From positions 45,611 through 109,610 of the forward strand of contig JAKOQC010000249.1 in assembly GCA_029778565.1 (NCBI GenBank): DNA of 64,000 nucleotides. Reading direction: 5' to 3'. The stretch is from a bacterium. Its GTDB lineage: Bacteria > Patescibacteriota > Saccharimonadia > CAILAD01 > BJGX01. How positions within the stretch are numbered: the first letter of the stretch is position 1; every line of letters starts with the position of its first letter. Below the pieces are notes generated by a model, which ran no database searches, was not told where the DNA came from, and saw only the letters and a list, made by a program, of their open reading frames with translations. A program made the position numbers and the translations under genes. Shown here piece by piece: positions 30,555 through 39,347 of the stretch.

Positions 30555-30608
30555 TATTCTTATGCTACCAGCATTGCGCTCTTTCTGTAAAGACGTAATA
30601 ATAAAGGA

Positions 30609-31721
30609 ATGAAGAAAAAAATATTGGTTTTATCAGCTAAAACAGGGGGTGGGCATCGGGCCGCCGCTCTGGCGGTGCTTGAGGCATTTAATCATATTGA
30701 GCACGATCTAGAAATTACTCATTACGATTTTATTGAGAATGCTCCACGTCCCTTCGACGACCTACCAAAGTATTACTCGACAATTACCAAACTTCCACCA
30801 GCATATGGTTCGATATTTAAGGCTACAGAAGGAAAACGCCAGGCAAAGTTCTCAACTGATACTATTGCTCGACTTTATAAAACTCATTTAGAGAAGGTAA
30901 TAAATCAATTTAATCCCGATATTATTTTATCTTTCCATTTTGGGGCTAACTGCCTTATGCCCGTTATTGAAAGCATGGGTAAGACTATACCTTACATTAC
31001 TGTAGTAACAGATCTAGCTACGGGTCACCCAATGTGGTTTGATGAACGTGCCAGCGCTTGTATTGTACCGAGCCATGAAGCCTACGTACGTGCTCGAACC
31101 TATGGAATGCCAGCCAGTAAGTTACACATTATTGGTCTTCCTATTAATCGTCAGTTTGGCTTAGAGAAGCGTTCTAAAGAAGAAATTCGCCAAAGTCTTG
31201 GGTGGCCAACGGATAGACCAGCCATCTTGGTGATGACCGGTGGCGATGGGCTCGGTAAGATTAATATGCTCTCTCGACGGATAGACAATACCAAATCGAT
31301 TGAAGCCTCAGTAGCGATTATTGCTGGGCGCAATGCTACTCTCGAGAAAAATTTAAGTAAAAGAAATTGGAAGAAACCAACAATTATCTATGGATTTCGC
31401 GATGATATTGCCGATATGATGCACGCTGCTGACGTATTACTAACCAAAGCAGGCCCTGGAACCATCGTAGAGGCCATTGTAAGCCGTTTACCAATCGTTA
31501 TCTATGACTTCTTGCCTGGGCAAGAAGAAGGCAATCTAGAGTACGTAGTGAGTAATCACGCAGGGGTTTGGGCGTCGACAGCCACGCTTGCCACGCGAGC
31601 TACACATGATATCTTAAATGGCAATATTACGATTGGTGGGGCGGCGTATGAGAAAACCAGGTTACGTCACGAGCATGCTGCCGAGAAGATTGCTGAATTT
31701 GTTAAGCACTATCCTCTATGA
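30609..31721 (+). CDS. MGDG synthase/UgtP-like diacylglycerol glycosyltransferase (GT28)
   Basis: GGGH.AAA, VVTD...H..W, TKAGPGTI.EA, PGQEEGN. Confidence 0.88.
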   Translation: MKKKILVLSAKTGGGHRAAALAVLEAFNHIEHDLEITHYDFIENAPRPFDDLPKYYSTITKLPPAYGSIFKATEGKRQAKFSTDTIARLYKTHLEKVINQFNPDIILSFHFGANCLMPVIESMGKTIPYITVVTDLATGHPMWFDERASACIVPSHEAYVRARTYGMPASKLHIIGLPINRQFGLEKRSKEEIRQSLGWPTDRPAILVMTGGDGLGKINMLSRRIDNTKSIEASVAIIAGRNATLEKNLSKRNWKKPTIIYGFRDDIADMMHAADVLLTKAGPGTIVEAIVSRLPIVIYDFLPGQEEGNLEYVVSNHAGVWASTATLATRATHDILNGNITIGGAAYEKTRLRHEHAAEKIAEFVKHYPL

Positions 31722-32908
31722 AAAGATTGTTGATTGTATCTGATCTGTTTGCACCCTCTATAGGTGGTACCGAGACGGTAACCGATGCCATGGCAACTAA
31801 TTTGCCCAAAGTAGGCTATCAGACTACCGTAGTAGCTCCAGCTGTTGCCCATAAAACAACACCCTATACGGAAAAATCTCAACATGGGTATTCAATTGAG
31901 CGTCTGCGCTCGTTCTCACCACACCTACAAAAGAACTTACGCTTTGGTTTTAGACCGTACAAACAACTTGTTCAATATCTTGATCAGGTTGGTCAACCAG
32001 ACATAATTCATGCCAACAATCTCTTTCCATTAAGCCGCGCGGCGATAAAATATGCGCGTCGTCATAACATTCCATTGGTAATTGGCAGTCATTTAATGCC
32101 AGAAAGTATTACATTTGGTTTAAGTTGGTTTAAGACCCTTCAGCGCGGTTTAAATCGCTTTGGCTGGCGTTATATAGCCAGAGTATATAACAAGGCCGAC
32201 ATTGTTATGAGCCCTACCAATACTGGTATTCGTTATCTTAAGCGTAATGGCTTGCGAGTACCAACCCGAGCAATCAGTAATGGTATAGATTTGCTCACCA
32301 ACAAACCTATTCACACAGATAAGACAATCTTGCGCAAAAAACTTGGTATATCTGGTGATTTGGTGTTGATGTATGCAGGACGACTAGGAGTAGAGAAGAG
32401 AATTGATGTAATAATTACGGCCTTTGCTAAAGAATATGCCACCTTTAATGCCAAATTAATACTGTTGGGTGATGGCAATGCGCGTAAACAATTACGTCGC
32501 CAAGTAAAAAATCTTGGTATCGAGAAAAATGTTATCTTTACTGGTTATGTTACCGACCACGAACGCAAGCGAGAATATTTAGCCGCAAGTGATGGGTTTG
32601 TAATAGCGAGCCCCGTAGAGCTGCAAAGTTTGGTAACTATGGAGGCCATGGCAGTAGGCTTACCAGTGTTGGCCGCAAGAGCAGGAGCGCTACCAGAACT
32701 TTGTCAAAATGAAGTAAATGGCTTTACCTTTGCAGATGGTAATACCAATCAGCTGGCCGATAGAATGTTTAAGCTCTTAAGTAGTGAAAAACTTCGTCAG
32801 AAGTTTTCGAAAGCGAGCCTAGAAATTATATCGCAACATGATATTACTGATACCTGGAAAAAGTATGACGAGATGTATGCAGAGGTATTAGAGAAGTATA
32901 AAAAATAG
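31718..32908 (+). CDS. GT4 glycosyltransferase (diacylglycerol glucosyltransferase-like)
   Basis: H.MPE, ISNGID, GRL..EK, ELQSLVTMEAMA.GLP. Confidence 0.88.
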   Translation: MKRLLIVSDLFAPSIGGTETVTDAMATNLPKVGYQTTVVAPAVAHKTTPYTEKSQHGYSIERLRSFSPHLQKNLRFGFRPYKQLVQYLDQVGQPDIIHANNLFPLSRAAIKYARRHNIPLVIGSHLMPESITFGLSWFKTLQRGLNRFGWRYIARVYNKADIVMSPTNTGIRYLKRNGLRVPTRAISNGIDLLTNKPIHTDKTILRKKLGISGDLVLMYAGRLGVEKRIDVIITAFAKEYATFNAKLILLGDGNARKQLRRQVKNLGIEKNVIFTGYVTDHERKREYLAASDGFVIASPVELQSLVTMEAMAVGLPVLAARAGALPELCQNEVNGFTFADGNTNQLADRMFKLLSSEKLRQKFSKASLEIISQHDITDTWKKYDEMYAEVLEKYKK

Positions 32909-32950
32909 CCTCAAGATATATATTTGAGGCTAAGTGCAGTTCTTATGTGC

Positions 32951-33241
32951 TCAGCGCCCGCAGGTGCAATTCTCGCAACGAAACTCACAGGTAATGACAG
33001 TAGTGACTGCCAGTGTGACAGGCACCTCTCTAGTAGGCGTAACAAATTGAATTGACTTGAGCTTTTCTCTAAATTCTTTCTTGGCAATTGCTTCGGCAAC
33101 GGTATCTTCATCGAGAAGCTCATCGATTTCATCTAAGAGAGCATCAGTATCACTCAGATCACGTTTTGTGACTTCGGGTATGTCTTCGACTTCTTCTACT
33201 TTGTCTTGCTTCTGACTGCTCTTGGTATTTTGTTGCTGCAA
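32951..33241 (-). CDS. Pup-like protein with Cys-rich C-terminus
   Basis: AAGGAG RBS plus TTG start; TDALLDEIDELLDE matches the Pup helix; ends CEFRCENCTCGR. Confidence 0.75.
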   Translation of the reverse strand: MQQQNTKSSQKQDKVEEVEDIPEVTKRDLSDTDALLDEIDELLDEDTVAEAIAKKEFREKLKSIQFVTPTREVPVTLAVTTVITCEFRCENCTCGR

Positions 33242-33351
33242 GGTACACTCCTTGTCTATCGGAGAAATATATTTATACCAAAAAATTATTTACAGCACAA
33301 GCATAAGCATTCTTGACATTTTACCCTATAACAGGTAAAATCTCTTCTTAT

Positions 33352-33751
33352 GGGGCTGTATTAGCTTTGACATATGGAACTTTGAAAAATATTCGCAAGC
33401 CGGGCCGGAATGCACGTTAGCCGTTCCAAAACACTTTAAGTGCCAATACACTTATTAGCAAGGTAAAGGCTGCTTTTGCAGCTCCTAGCCTTGCGCCAGC
33501 ATTTGCCTAATACGCTATGCCGCTTACTACCCAGACACCAGATAGGGTAACAAGCGTCGATTATCTGGATGCGGTCTTACCACCTCTCTGGGCGAGATCT
33601 AAGTAAAAATAAAGAGAGCAAGCAACTTGAGCGCTCTTGTCGGTTTTTTACACTCTTGGGGCTTGTAAAATCCCTTTAGAATCGACTATGCTTGAAGACG
33701 ATATTTTTTCAAACCGTATGGACGCGGGGGCAGAACCCGCCAGCTCCACCA
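33352..33751 (+). ncRNA. ssrA: tmRNA; tag ANTLISKVKAAFAAPSLAPAFA* (33442-33510)
   Basis: 5' GGGGCTG, 3' CAGCTCCACCA (G3-U70 pair), TTAAGT-GCC resume context, Ala-rich tag; TTGACA/TAAAAT promoter; smpB nearby. Confidence 0.95.
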
Positions 33752-33758
33752 AAAATGC

Positions 33759-33992
33759 CTAACCTTTGTTGGGCTTTTTTGATACTATTCGTTTCTTTTT
33801 GAACGTTATTACTCCTACGGCAAGCATAACTATACCAACCGGAAAGGTAACTATGCCAAGCATAGAAATGACCAGTAGGGCTGGGTTGTTGGTGGCAAAA
33901 TAACCAGTCAGACATAGGGGCAGTACAAGTACCAAAACTGTACCCAGTATTACCATGGTAGTGCTACTCATCTTTGATATTAGTTTACTCAT
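33759..33992 (-). CDS. small two-TM membrane protein
   Basis: MSKLISKMSSTTMVILG...; two hydrophobic helices, basic tail; abuts the stop of the upstream gene. Confidence 0.6.
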   Translation of the reverse strand: MSKLISKMSSTTMVILGTVLVLVLPLCLTGYFATNNPALLVISMLGIVTFPVGIVMLAVGVITFKKKRIVSKKPNKG

Positions 33993-33993
33993 G

Positions 33994-36900
33994 TTATGTG
34001 TGGTGGTTTTTCTTATCTGTAACGTAGAGGATATAAGCCAAAAGAGAGGCAAGAAGCAATATGCCAATAATGGATGACCACCAGATGAAGATATAAGTTC
34101 GATTAGGATTGTTATTGCGTGTCCTGCCAGTGTTATCTGGGTTGTTATTATTGCTATCGACTATTGTAACAGTGCCTTCAATAGTGCCAGCTGGATGCAA
34201 TACATATCCATTCGTGTTATCTGTTACTGTTTTGGTAGTCGGGCTTACTGGGCTTGGTGTAGGAGGAATTGGCGTATCTTGGAATGTCCAGTATGTGTTG
34301 CCACCACTGTTTATACTGTCGTAAGCAATCATTACAGACGCATTAATATTATTGCTATCACTTACATCTAGATACTGCAAAGTACGGCTGCCTTGCGCAT
34401 CTATTTGCCAAGGAGTACCCGGAGAAGAAGATACGAGTGTGAGTAGTTCTGTAGCGGAGCCGCCTTTTAGGATGAGATCTCCCAGTATGGTCTCGGTACC
34501 ACCAGCAGGGAAGGTGAGAGTATCGGCCGAGGCTACAATTTTGGTTAGGTTATTAAAGGTAGTGCCCATAATAATCTGGTTGCTGCCATCGAGGATTACT
34601 GTTCCGCCATTAGCATTAAAGGTAGAGCCAGTATTGATAGTAAAGTTACCGCCTACAGTCATGTTGGCACTCGTTGCAGTAAAAGTACCATTATTAATAA
34701 CACTAAAGTTACTATTTATATCTAGCGTGTTATATGTGCCAAGGTTAAGATCGGTGCCATCGATAACAAGATTATTAGCGTTTAGGCCTGTAAAACCATT
34801 GAGAGAATTAGAAGAATCAATCTGTAGTATCCCCGATAAATCGTTAAGCGTTCCTGTACCAGAGAAGGTACCAAAAACATAGAGAGAATCTGTATTGCCC
34901 ATGACTATTACTGGATTGTTACCTAGTGGAAAAATACAGTCTGAGCCGACCGAAAAGTAACCCGCCGATTTATTGAACGTTACTAAATTAATGACCGCAT
35001 TGCCACAGAATGCATTCTGATCTTTAGCACCATAAAAAGTAATAGTACCACCGTTAGCATCAAAGGTAGCACCATTATAATTGACAGTAAAATCGCCACC
35101 TATCGACATTACCCCGGCTGGTGCAGTAAAGCTAGAAAAGCTACCCTGAGAAAAATTTGTAAAAATATCAACCGAAGAGAAGTTACTAAAGTCCACGCTA
35201 ACATTAGCTGCAATAAATACACTCCCGCCAACCAATAAGCTATCAAAGCCGGTTAAAGCGTTGGCAGAGCCAATAGTAAGCAGAGAAGCAGAACTAAGAA
35301 AACTTAGTGTACCAGTACCATTGAAGTTACCATTGAGAATAATATCACCAGAATTTGTAAATGTAGGATTATTACCCAACTCAAAACTACAATCAGAATT
35401 GAAAGTTTTTGTGCCAGTATTGGTAAACCTAACCTGATTAAATGTTGCCCCGCCACAGATTATTGTAGCTGTACCATCACTAAACTCAGTGGTGCCCCCA
35501 TTGGCATTAAAAGTAGCGGCCGGGTTGATTGTTAATGCTTTCTGAAAATACATTGTGCCCGTAGGTGCAATGAAAGTGCCAGAATTTATTGTAACCGTAG
35601 AAGGAAAGTTAACACCAGTCACCGGCACAGTAACACTACCTCCTGTCTGGGTGTATGTTCCAGTTAGACTAAACGTTAAGAAACTACTAAAGTCGAGTGT
35701 CGCGTTAACCTCTGCAAATGAACCCGCTGACAGGCCCGAAAACCCAGACAACGATCCGGCACTATTGATTGTCAGGAGGTTTCCGGTAGCTGCCGAGGCT
35801 ATGGTGAGTGTGCCGCTACCAGAGAGTGTACCGTTTAGGATGAAATCTGTGGTCGTACCACTGCCAATAGTTGGGTTATTGCCAAGTGGCAAGCTACAAT
35901 CGCTACCAATAGTTTTTACACCAGCTGTATTAGTAAATGTCACCAAATTAAACACAGCACTATTACATGCAATAGATGCCGTAGTTGTACCGTTAAAATT
36001 TACTGTTCCACCATTTGCTGTAAAGCTACCTGCCGTAATACTGAATGCACCACCTATAGACATCGTTCCACCTGGGGCCGTAAACGATCCCGAACTCATG
36101 CTAAATGCTGTACTAATGGTAAAGGGAGTGTAGCTCCCAGCATTAAAACTACCTCCGGCAATTGTAAGATTCGCTACAGAGAGCCCCGTAAACCCGGATA
36201 GACTAGAGCCGCTATTGAGGGTAAGGGTGCCGGCAGACTGTGTTAGGGTGCCCGTCCCAGACAGCGTGCCGTTTAGCACAACCCCTTGTGCAATAGTCGG
36301 ATTGTTACCAAGCGGTAATGTACAAGTACTATTGACTGTCTTAGCTGCAGTGTTATTGAAAGTTACCAGATTAAACGTTACACTTCCACAACTAAGAGTT
36401 GACGTTGAGCCGGTAATGTTAACTGTGCCACCATTCGCATTGAAGGTAAGCCCAGCTGTGAAGTTCAGACCTGAAGCACTAAGGGTTCCGGACGGAGCTG
36501 TGAATACAGATGTTGCACCTAACGAAAAGCTTCCAGTCACAGCAAAAGTGGTATAGCTGCCAGCATTTAAAGTACCGTTGATTGTTACATTACTTCCTGA
36601 GTTTATACCCGAGAATCCGGAAAGAGTACCCGTTGTGCCCAATATGAATGTTCCTGTTGTAATAGAGAGTGTGCCGCTGCCAGAAAGTGTACCATTTACA
36701 GTAATGGCATTGGTAATAGCGGGGCTGCTCCCTACCGGAATAGTGCACCCAGAACTAATTGTTTTTAGGCCCGTATTGGTAAAGGTTGCCGTATTGAGTG
36801 AAATACCATTACAAGCTATTGTTGCGGCACCACCTGAGAAGTTGACCGTACCGCTGTTGTGGTTAAAGGTCGGAGTGCCCGTTACTGTAACAGCGCCACT

Positions 36901-37320
36901 AATAGATGTTGTGCCAGAACTCGCAGTGAATGTCCCACCAGAGAGCGTAAAGGCCGCCATCGTGAATGACTGATTGGATGCAGTAAAACTCCCAGTAGCC
37001 TGCGAAAATGTGGTTGTAGTTGCGAAGGTGCGAGCTAAGGTGATTGTGCCAGTATACCCAGCAGCAATGGTTAATGTGGCCACACTTGCTGGCGCACCGG
37101 CATCTATCGTCGAATTCTTGGTCGACGTTGCATTAAAGGTAACCGTATCGCCAGCTATCGGACAGGTATCGGTAGTCCAGTTTGCACAGGTACTCCAGTT
37201 ATTATCAGCCCCACCACCATCCCAGGTGAGAGAAGCGGCGTGAGCGTGCAGGGGGTTAGCAAACAGAGATAAGAGGCTCGTAAACACTAAAAGAACCACT
37301 ACAGAGTAAGTAAGTAGCAA
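33994..37320 (-). CDS. large Thr/Gly/Ser-rich surface protein (beta-solenoid repeats, C-terminal TM anchor)
   Basis: Signal peptide ...AHA/A, WDGGG..NNWS..NW start, five ~140-150-aa repeats each with a Cys pair, Pro linker, TM. Confidence 0.85.
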   Translation of the reverse strand: MLLTYSVVVLLVFTSLLSLFANPLHAHAASLTWDGGGADNNWSTCANWTTDTCPIAGDTVTFNATSTKNSTIDAGAPASVATLTIAAGYTGTITLARTFATTTTFSQATGSFTASNQSFTMAAFTLSGGTFTASSGTTSISGAVTVTGTPTFNHNSGTVNFSGGAATIACNGISLNTATFTNTGLKTISSGCTIPVGSSPAITNAITVNGTLSGSGTLSITTGTFILGTTGTLSGFSGINSGSNVTINGTLNAGSYTTFAVTGSFSLGATSVFTAPSGTLSASGLNFTAGLTFNANGGTVNITGSTSTLSCGSVTFNLVTFNNTAAKTVNSTCTLPLGNNPTIAQGVVLNGTLSGTGTLTQSAGTLTLNSGSSLSGFTGLSVANLTIAGGSFNAGSYTPFTISTAFSMSSGSFTAPGGTMSIGGAFSITAGSFTANGGTVNFNGTTTASIACNSAVFNLVTFTNTAGVKTIGSDCSLPLGNNPTIGSGTTTDFILNGTLSGSGTLTIASAATGNLLTINSAGSLSGFSGLSAGSFAEVNATLDFSSFLTFSLTGTYTQTGGSVTVPVTGVNFPSTVTINSGTFIAPTGTMYFQKALTINPAATFNANGGTTEFSDGTATIICGGATFNQVRFTNTGTKTFNSDCSFELGNNPTFTNSGDIILNGNFNGTGTLSFLSSASLLTIGSANALTGFDSLLVGGSVFIAANVSVDFSNFSSVDIFTNFSQGSFSSFTAPAGVMSIGGDFTVNYNGATFDANGGTITFYGAKDQNAFCGNAVINLVTFNKSAGYFSVGSDCIFPLGNNPVIVMGNTDSLYVFGTFSGTGTLNDLSGILQIDSSNSLNGFTGLNANNLVIDGTDLNLGTYNTLDINSNFSVINNGTFTATSANMTVGGNFTINTGSTFNANGGTVILDGSNQIIMGTTFNNLTKIVASADTLTFPAGGTETILGDLILKGGSATELLTLVSSSPGTPWQIDAQGSRTLQYLDVSDSNNINASVMIAYDSINSGGNTYWTFQDTPIPPTPSPVSPTTKTVTDNTNGYVLHPAGTIEGTVTIVDSNNNNPDNTGRTRNNNPNRTYIFIWWSSIIGILLLASLLAYILYVTDKKNHHT

Positions 37321-37456
37321 TTGGTGGATTGACTTGTGCTGATCTTTTTTCTTTTTGATTTTGTTTTACCCTATGATTTTTTCAATCAACTAGTTATATT
37401 GTATCGAACCTATTGAGATTAGTATATATATAAGTATAAGAATTAAACCAAAGCAT

Positions 37457-37605
37457 AAAAAAAATCGAGCCGCAATTTGGCTCGAATACATTAATTTCTT
37501 TCTATTATTTATTTTGTTAAAACAAATTGACGGGGCTTTATGCCTCCGCCAATCTGTAAAAAAGAGCTTTGTTTTTGTTTTGAGTAATTTTAGTGTGCAG
37601 CACTA
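37457..37605 (-). ncRNA. candidate small RNA (or leaderless 21-aa ORF)
   Basis: TTGACA(37640)-18-TATTAT promoter, GC hairpin 37522-37557, terminator 37457-37485. Confidence 0.5.
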
Positions 37606-37675
37606 AATCCATAATACTGGTTAAGCATAAGCCTTGTCAACAACTTTTTTCAAAGTTTTTTTAGTTTTTTTGCAA

Positions 37676-38686
37676 TTATTTTTTTTCGCTAGTAAATTTA
37701 CCGTCACGCGCAAACGAATTATTGGCCAAAAGTTGGGCAAAGATTTTTTGAGCTTCGGCAACGTTTTGGCTCTTGCCGTCCCACTTTGCCATTACTGGGT
37801 CTTGCACGGCGCGCGAGAATGAGAAAGTAATAGGCCAGGGTTGTTTGCCGGCGCTTCCGATAGCATTCAGATTGGCTGTAGCCATATCAGGAGATTGGCC
37901 GCCAGATAAGAACACGATACCGGCTATATCTTTTGGTACACGCTCGTTAAATACCCCTAACGTGGCGTTGGCAACAGCATGCGGGTCGGATTGTTGCGGA
38001 TTATCTTTGCCAGCCAGCACCATGCTTGATTTTAATATCACACCAGATAAATCAACTTTGTAAGCAGTAAGCAGCTCAAACAATACTCGTAATACAACCG
38101 AGAGTGTATCTTGGCAGGCCTTCTGGCTATGTGTGCCATCATAAAGAACTTCTGGCTCTACAATAGGTACCATTCCAGCGGCTTGAGCCAAAGAAGCATA
38201 ACGAGCCATAGCGTGCAGGTTGGCATGTATAGCAGTAGAGGTAGGAAGTTTGCCTGCCTCATCTATAACAAATGCAGCCCGCCATTTGGTAAACCTCGCA
38301 CCCATTTTGTAATACTCAGTCAGCCGTTCGGCGAGGCCATCGAGGCCTTCAGTAACTGTTTCACCAGGGAAGTTAGGCAGGTCTACAAGCCCGCCATCGA
38401 CTTTTATACCTGGTATTATGCCTTGTTCTTGTAAATAATCAGCAAATGGCTTGCCGTCGTCAGTGGTTTGGCGAATTGTTTCGTCGTAGAATATTACACC
38501 GCTGATGTATTGTGCGACATTGGGTGTAGTAAAGAGCATTTGGCGGTATAGGCGTCGCATTTCTTCGGACTGTTCAATATTGAGGGCTGCAAAACGCTTA
38601 TTAGCACTTTTTGTCGACTCATCGGCAGCTAAAAGCCCCTTTGGATCTGATAATAGCTGACTTGCAATAGAAGAGAGGGAATTCAT
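37676..38686 (-). CDS. fba: fructose-bisphosphate aldolase class I
   Basis: KGLLAADES, GIKVD.G, KWR, PIVEPEV, FLSGGQ, FSFSRA.Q. Confidence 0.95.
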   Translation of the reverse strand: MNSLSSIASQLLSDPKGLLAADESTKSANKRFAALNIEQSEEMRRLYRQMLFTTPNVAQYISGVIFYDETIRQTTDDGKPFADYLQEQGIIPGIKVDGGLVDLPNFPGETVTEGLDGLAERLTEYYKMGARFTKWRAAFVIDEAGKLPTSTAIHANLHAMARYASLAQAAGMVPIVEPEVLYDGTHSQKACQDTLSVVLRVLFELLTAYKVDLSGVILKSSMVLAGKDNPQQSDPHAVANATLGVFNERVPKDIAGIVFLSGGQSPDMATANLNAIGSAGKQPWPITFSFSRAVQDPVMAKWDGKSQNVAEAQKIFAQLLANNSFARDGKFTSEKK

Positions 38687-38850
38687 AGTACCTCTAGCAT
38701 AAGCAATATTCACCAATAATTCAAGTTAACAGAAGAAAATGTACTGATTTTATACATATACTTAATGCTATAGCACTTAGTATATGCGAAATTATTTTCT
38801 GCTAACAGATATAAAATGCAAATGAACACTAAAAATAACTGTACTAATAT

Positions 38851-39300
38851 TTAACGTTTAGACTGAATATCGCGGCTAGCATCGCGTAGCATATCACGCT
38901 TTTTTATTGTCTGACGTTTGTCATAGGCCTTTTTACCACGCCCAAGCCCTATTTCTACTTTAATAAGGTTGCGCTCTAGACCCATTGCTAGAGGTAAAAC
39001 AGTCATGCCGGCTGACTGCACGGCTTCTCGAAGCTCAACAAGCTCTTTCTTTTGCAGTAATAGCTTGCGATTACGGGTAGGATCGTAATCTTTGGTGTGC
39101 GAAGCATGTTTGTAGGGGGTGATAGTAGCATTGGTGAGAAATGCTTCATTACCACTAAAGTGCACAAAGCTACCTTTAAGGCTAATTGCACCAGATCTGG
39201 CACTCTTGGTTTCTTGGCCACTCAAAACAATACCAGCTAGATACGTTTTACTGATATCATAGTCAAATTTGGCGCGTTTGTTCTTGGCTAAGATTTTCAT
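38851..39300 (-). CDS. smpB: SsrA-binding protein
   Basis: NKRA.FDY, AGIVL.G.E.KS, R.RKLLL, GKK.YDKR. Confidence 0.96.
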   Translation of the reverse strand: MKILAKNKRAKFDYDISKTYLAGIVLSGQETKSARSGAISLKGSFVHFSGNEAFLTNATITPYKHASHTKDYDPTRNRKLLLQKKELVELREAVQSAGMTVLPLAMGLERNLIKVEIGLGRGKKAYDKRQTIKKRDMLRDASRDIQSKR

Positions 39301-39347
39301 AGTTCTTATTATAGCCTACTTGATGCTAAATCAGATATAATAGCAAT

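Noticed and set aside
34109-37243. Series of plus-strand ORFs (71-192 aa)
   Set aside because: Antisense shadows of the Thr/Gly-rich surface protein, caused by codon bias
33752-37450. Integrated prophage or island at tmRNA
   Set aside because: No integrase, phage genes or duplicated ssrA 3' end seen
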